From contig CAVTLK010000002.1 in NCBI GenBank assembly GCA_963735595.1, forward strand, positions 192,001-256,000: a stretch of 64,000 nt of DNA. The letters are read 5' to 3'. The DNA is from an uncultured delta proteobacterium. GTDB taxonomy: Bacteria; Desulfobacterota; Zymogenia; Zymogenales; Zymogenaceae. The notes under the pieces are model-generated. The model did no database searches, was not told the origin of the DNA, and saw only the letters and a list, made by a program, of their open reading frames with translations. The translations under genes were made by a program, and so were the position numbers. This document shows positions 60,122 through 64,000 of the stretch, in pieces; the first letter of the stretch is position 1; each line of letters starts with the position of its first letter.

Positions 60122-61219
60122 CTATCTCAGGTATTCGATTTTACCGTCGACAATCCGAGCCGGGTACAGGGGATAGTCCATATCATGCCCGCCGGGCTTG
60201 ACCGTGATATCGCCGAATACGCCGGGATACGTAAGTCCGCCGGACAACAGCTTCCTAACGGATTCTCTTGATAGCTCCTTTTCTTCGAGGAGGCCCGGCA
60301 GCAGTTTGATAAAATCATACCCGGTAGCTGCCTGTTGGCTCAGCGGTTTCCCATACCGTGTCTCGTATTTCTTCTTCAGTTCTTGAACTAAAATAAAATC
60401 AGGATGATACAGGATGGATGTGGCGATATTTACACCGTTGGCCTCGGGAGTTGTCTCAGCATACATGGAGAAACCCGAGACCGCGAGAATAGAACCTTTA
60501 TAGCCGCTTTTTTTCAGCTCTTCGATTGCTGTCCTTGCGCTATTGGCGAAAGCGACGACGTAGATCGCCTCCATATCCTTTAGCCGTCCGATCTTATCTC
60601 CAAATATGGGATTTGATGTGTCAAAGGATTCACCCTGCACGATCCCGCCCGTCTTTTCAAACTGAGCTTTCAGCGGATCATAAACGGAGCGGCCGTACTC
60701 GTCATTCTGGTAGAGGATTCCGACTTCTTTAGCCTTTAAATCCTCCAACAAGTACAGGGCGATTTTCGCTTCATCATCGGAGGACGTATAGTATCTGAAT
60801 ACCCAGTCGTTCTGTTTCGACAGTTCGGGATCAGATACCACCACGCCGACCAGGACTACCCCGTGCTCCTTAGCCAGAGGGGCCAGCGCCATGGAAACTG
60901 AGCTGTTTGTAGAGACGTACAAAAGGGGATGGTAGGTTGACTCAATCTTCTCGAAGACCTTTTTTGCCTCTTCCGGGTCGGATTTGCTGTCCTCGACGAT
61001 CAACTCCAACTTCCTCCCGTTTACACCGCCCCATTCGTTGATCTCGTCAACCGCCAGCATCATGCCATCCCTAACCTCTACAAGATGAGAGGACGCACCG
61101 GTGAGCGAGATGATAGCGCCGATCTTGATGGTCTCCTTCTTAAAGGAGCATGTCGCGGCGAAAAGGCAGATTGTCGCCGTAAACAGAAAGATCAGTAACA
61201 GAGAGAGCATTTTTTTCAT
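60122..61219 (-). CDS. Periplasmic substrate-binding protein (LivJ/LivK-like type 1 PBP) without adjacent permease
   Basis: IKIGAIISLTG, EIN..GGVNGRKLELIVEDS, NDEYG, GYD. Confidence 0.85.
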   Translation of the reverse strand: MKKMLSLLLIFLFTATICLFAATCSFKKETIKIGAIISLTGASSHLVEVRDGMMLAVDEINEWGGVNGRKLELIVEDSKSDPEEAKKVFEKIESTYHPLLYVSTNSSVSMALAPLAKEHGVVLVGVVVSDPELSKQNDWVFRYYTSSDDEAKIALYLLEDLKAKEVGILYQNDEYGRSVYDPLKAQFEKTGGIVQGESFDTSNPIFGDKIGRLKDMEAIYVVAFANSARTAIEELKKSGYKGSILAVSGFSMYAETTPEANGVNIATSILYHPDFILVQELKKKYETRYGKPLSQQAATGYDFIKLLPGLLEEKELSRESVRKLLSGGLTYPGVFGDITVKPGGHDMDYPLYPARIVDGKIEYLR

Positions 61220-62055
61220 TTACGGTCTCCCGTTTCTTATATGATGCATGGCCCATCGCGGTAGCCTGTCTCTCAATAGGCCGCCTGGTATACGCGTTTT
61301 CGATAGATCGACGCACTGAAGAATACAAATCGTACTTTCGCGTTTACTGCATCAGGTTATTTGTATTAATAAACTCGCGAAGGTAATCTATCAACAAGAA
61401 ATCCATCGATACTCAGCGTTTCTTCTTCTTGCCGGTCAAAAAAAGGAGATTCTGGGCGACTCGTCGGCTGCTTGCTAGGCTTTCTGCATACAAGGCGTCC
61501 GTCTTATTCGCGTGATCTGCGTAGGTTGTGGTGTGAGTTGAATGAAGAGTATTCGAACGGTATCGTGCGGAGGTGGCCGAAGTGACATAGCAAACATTGA
61601 TGATCCAAGTAATAGTAATCACTTATCGTTGAATTATTAAAACTTACTATATATTTTACTATATTGAAATGACTTTGTCAAAATAAATGGTTTAAAGGGC
61701 AGGGCTGAAATTAATAAAGAAGAACATTCCGAATAGAACTGGCTCATTTCTTTGCATAAATGAATTCAATTACCGCCGAAACGCCCAGTATACTCCTCCC
61801 GGATACCTTCGGTGGTGTGCTTGGTATAACGCCCGTTTTTGATTGTCGAATGATACGGGAGCCGTTTAAGCTTCGCAAGGTTATTGGTATCGTTAGGAGA
61901 ATAAGCGGCAAGGGGATGATAAATAGCGGGGCACTAAGAATAGAATTCAGGGCCAAATCCCGACATACATCAAGTTATTTCAAATATATCCTATAACACC
62001 CATAGCTATTCATAAAAGAGGGATTAGGTGCATACCTAATCCCTCACTATGAACG

Positions 62056-62219
62056 GTGGTGCCGCAGCCCGGGATTGAACCGGGGACACTCGGATTTTCA
62101 GTAGCCTCGTCTTGACGATAATGTACTGACATCATTGTATTTTCAATTCCCTACGATGCCCTACATTGCCCTAGAATGCCCTACAATGCCCCGGTTTCTG
62201 TAACACTTTTTGTAACAGT
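62056..62219 (+). repeat. ~164-bp direct repeat, copy 2 (att-like junction)
   Basis: Matches 52685..52847; preceded by hairpin gagggattagg/cctaatccctc at 62018-62045. Confidence 0.95.
62057..62102 (-). pseudogene. 3' half of tRNA-Phe(GAA), second identical copy
   Basis: Identical to 52686..52731; 5' half again absent. Confidence 0.9.
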
Positions 62220-62621
62220 TTTGTAAATGACAATCAGAGTATTGATTTAAGTTAGTGTGTCTCGGAAGCAGTACCTGATTTACAGTACCGCCTGCGTGCG
62301 CGGGCTCGTTCTCTGATACTAGTCGACACTATTCAACCCCAGGTTATATCGCCTATGGACCAATAAAATCATACCTATGGGCCGGACATATATGATAATA
62401 AACTGACTTTATTTTCAATTGACCAAGTATACAGTATTCGATACTATACTAATCAGCCAATGAAATAATGAGAGAGGGTTTTTCGCTGTTTTATTAATAT
62501 GATCTAAACGAGAGCTTGATTTGTCTTTCTTATCTTGATTGCTAAAAAAGGCAGTGATCTTTCTTGGTGGTAATGCCTTCGTACAATCAAATAGTGCCAA
62601 CAACAAAATTAGGGGGAGAAA

Positions 62622-62987
62622 ATGAAAAAAACCGCTCTTTCTTTTGTGCTGGTATTAATCGTGCTTGTTTCTTTTATGCTCGGCCGTGCTAACGCGGGTG
62701 ACATTTCACTATATGGTGAAGACCTGTACGATTCCGAGGGTTATAATTATGGCGTGAATTACTATGCCGACAACAACACCGGTTCGGACCTTTACGCCGT
62801 CGTCTATATTACGTCTCAAGAGAACGTAAACGGTGACTGCGTGTACGGTATGATACTACTGGCTCCGTATGAATCGCATGTCCTTGTCGGCTCATTCGCA
62901 ACCGCCGATTATAACTACGGGTGGTCTGTCAATATAAGCGCTAATTACGGCCCCAGCCCGGAACAGGTGGACGCGCCGCCGTACTAA
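62622..62987 (+). CDS. Hypothetical secreted Tyr-rich protein
   Basis: GGGGGAG RBS; signal peptide ending ANA; 121 aa. Confidence 0.7.
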   Translation: MKKTALSFVLVLIVLVSFMLGRANAGDISLYGEDLYDSEGYNYGVNYYADNNTGSDLYAVVYITSQENVNGDCVYGMILLAPYESHVLVGSFATADYNYGWSVNISANYGPSPEQVDAPPY

Positions 62988-63198
62988 CCCGTCCTTAGTG
63001 AAACGTTTTCCGACCGCTCGATTACGATGAATTGAACGGTCTCTTCTCGGGAATGGGTAATACGGGAGATGTGTGCCTTTCGGCTGACCCGAGCAGGCGC
63101 GTTGTTGATTGTAACGGCGCACGGATGCCGGTGGCCTGTTGATAAGGACGACATACTTTTTTGCCTTATTGTGTGCCAACTAACGGTGAGGTGACATC

Positions 63199-63654
63199 AT
63201 GAAAAAGGCGTTTGCGGTTTTCTTTGTTCTCCTTCTCGGGTGCGGCATGGTCGGTAGTGCTGTCGAGTTTTCCACCGTGGCCGAGGGGACCCACGCGGCG
63301 GGGATCACCGGGAAGGTCAACGAGGTCTTTACCGACCAGGCGTCCTTTTACGCCTTCTGGAAGCTGGTTTCGGCCGGCACGACCCCCGAGCCTGCCGCGC
63401 CGGCGATAGACTTCGCGAAAGATATGGTCATCGCGGTCTTCCCGGGCCAGATGAACTCGGGCGGGTACACCGTCGAAATCACCGAAGTAACGAGCGACCG
63501 CAAGAAGCTCATGGTAACGGTCGTTGTGACCAAGCCCACGGGCTTCGCGACGACGGTCATGACCCAGCCCTACCACATCATTAAGGTCAAGAAGACAGAA
63601 CTTCCGGTCGATTATACGTGGGAGGAGCGGACTTCGGATTCAGCTAATGAATGA
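63199..63654 (+). CDS. PrcB C-terminal domain protein (protease complex subunit PrcB family)
   Basis: IDFAKDMVIAVFPGQMNSGGYTVEI...TVMTQPYHIIKV; signal peptide; GAGGTG RBS. Confidence 0.8.
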   Translation: MKKAFAVFFVLLLGCGMVGSAVEFSTVAEGTHAAGITGKVNEVFTDQASFYAFWKLVSAGTTPEPAAPAIDFAKDMVIAVFPGQMNSGGYTVEITEVTSDRKKLMVTVVVTKPTGFATTVMTQPYHIIKVKKTELPVDYTWEERTSDSANE

Positions 63655-63755
63655 GGATGCTCGAAAACTTGCTTGATCATGTGTTTCAAATCAGATTTCT
63701 GAGTTGGGAAGGTATGTAAGACGGATTTGCCGCATTATCTCAGAAGGAGGAGGAT

Positions 63756-64000
63756 ATGGAAATTGAATATCTTGTTTTTGTTCTGTTTCCTCTATTGGTT
63801 ATGTTGCTACAGGTTGCCCTGTACGTCCTGGTCAGCGTTTTCGCTCCGAGCTTGTTATTATGGAAAACCGCAAGTATTGCACGGGCAGGCGACCACGCAT
63901 TTAAGAAGGCCCTCGTTACGTCCCTGAAAGCCACTCTCGTGATCTGGATTGCGGTCATTCTTCTTGTTTTAATGTTTTATAAGCCGGGAGTAGTCATGCC
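63756..64000 (+). CDS. Hypothetical membrane protein, truncated by window end
   Basis: AAGGAGGAGG RBS; frame MEIEYLVFVLFPLLVMLLQVALYVL... stays open to position 64000. Confidence 0.65.
   Translation, partial: MEIEYLVFVLFPLLVMLLQVALYVLVSVFAPSLLLWKTASIARAGDHAFKKALVTSLKATLVIWIAVILLVLMFYKPGVVM

Larger units (their letters stand above)
52686..62102. mobile_element. ~9.4-kb genomic island/cassette between tRNA-Phe direct repeats; signalling cargo, no integrase
   Basis: Bounded by identical 46-bp tRNA-Phe 3' fragments 9371 bp apart; five co-oriented signalling genes inside. Confidence 0.75.

Noticed and set aside
61220..62620. Integrase remnant or real genes in the AT-rich short ORFs (61413, 61744, 61760, 62415)
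   Set aside because: No R-H-x-x-R-H-Y recombinase motifs, no convincing RBS, and no recognisable protein features.

Overview
About 64 kb of chromosome from a GC-rich anaerobic bacterium. The gene content (tungsten-type aldehyde:ferredoxin oxidoreductase, flavodiiron protein, paired acyl-CoA ligases, multi-PAS hybrid kinases, sigma-54 type IV pilin) suggests a Deltaproteobacteria/Desulfobacterota-like organism; this is inference only. The first ~39 kb is mostly metabolic and housekeeping genes, with several single-base frameshifts that look like assembly errors. The right part holds a secreted Hint-domain protein, a complete phoB-phoR-pstSCAB-phoU cluster, and tandem segments bounded by tRNA-Phe 3' fragments. 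Two signals stand out. (1) An unannotated 20-aa Cys-rich peptide gene (MKIKKVQKVAKGLCKCGRSC, 22414-22476, minus strand) has its own promoter, strong RBS and terminator and precedes a Cys-rich accessory gene and a radical SAM/SPASM enzyme with an RRE/PqqD-like N-terminus. This is a candidate RiPP system. (2) Two ~163-bp direct repeats (52685, 62056) and a decayed third copy (~50182) each carry the 3' half of tRNA-Phe(GAA) beside a terminator-like hairpin. The two full copies also have five 10-bp-phased repeats and tandem TGTAACA boxes. They bound cargo segments with no integrase, which suggests a tRNA-anchored cassette array mobilised in trans. No intact tRNA, rRNA or CRISPR array was found.
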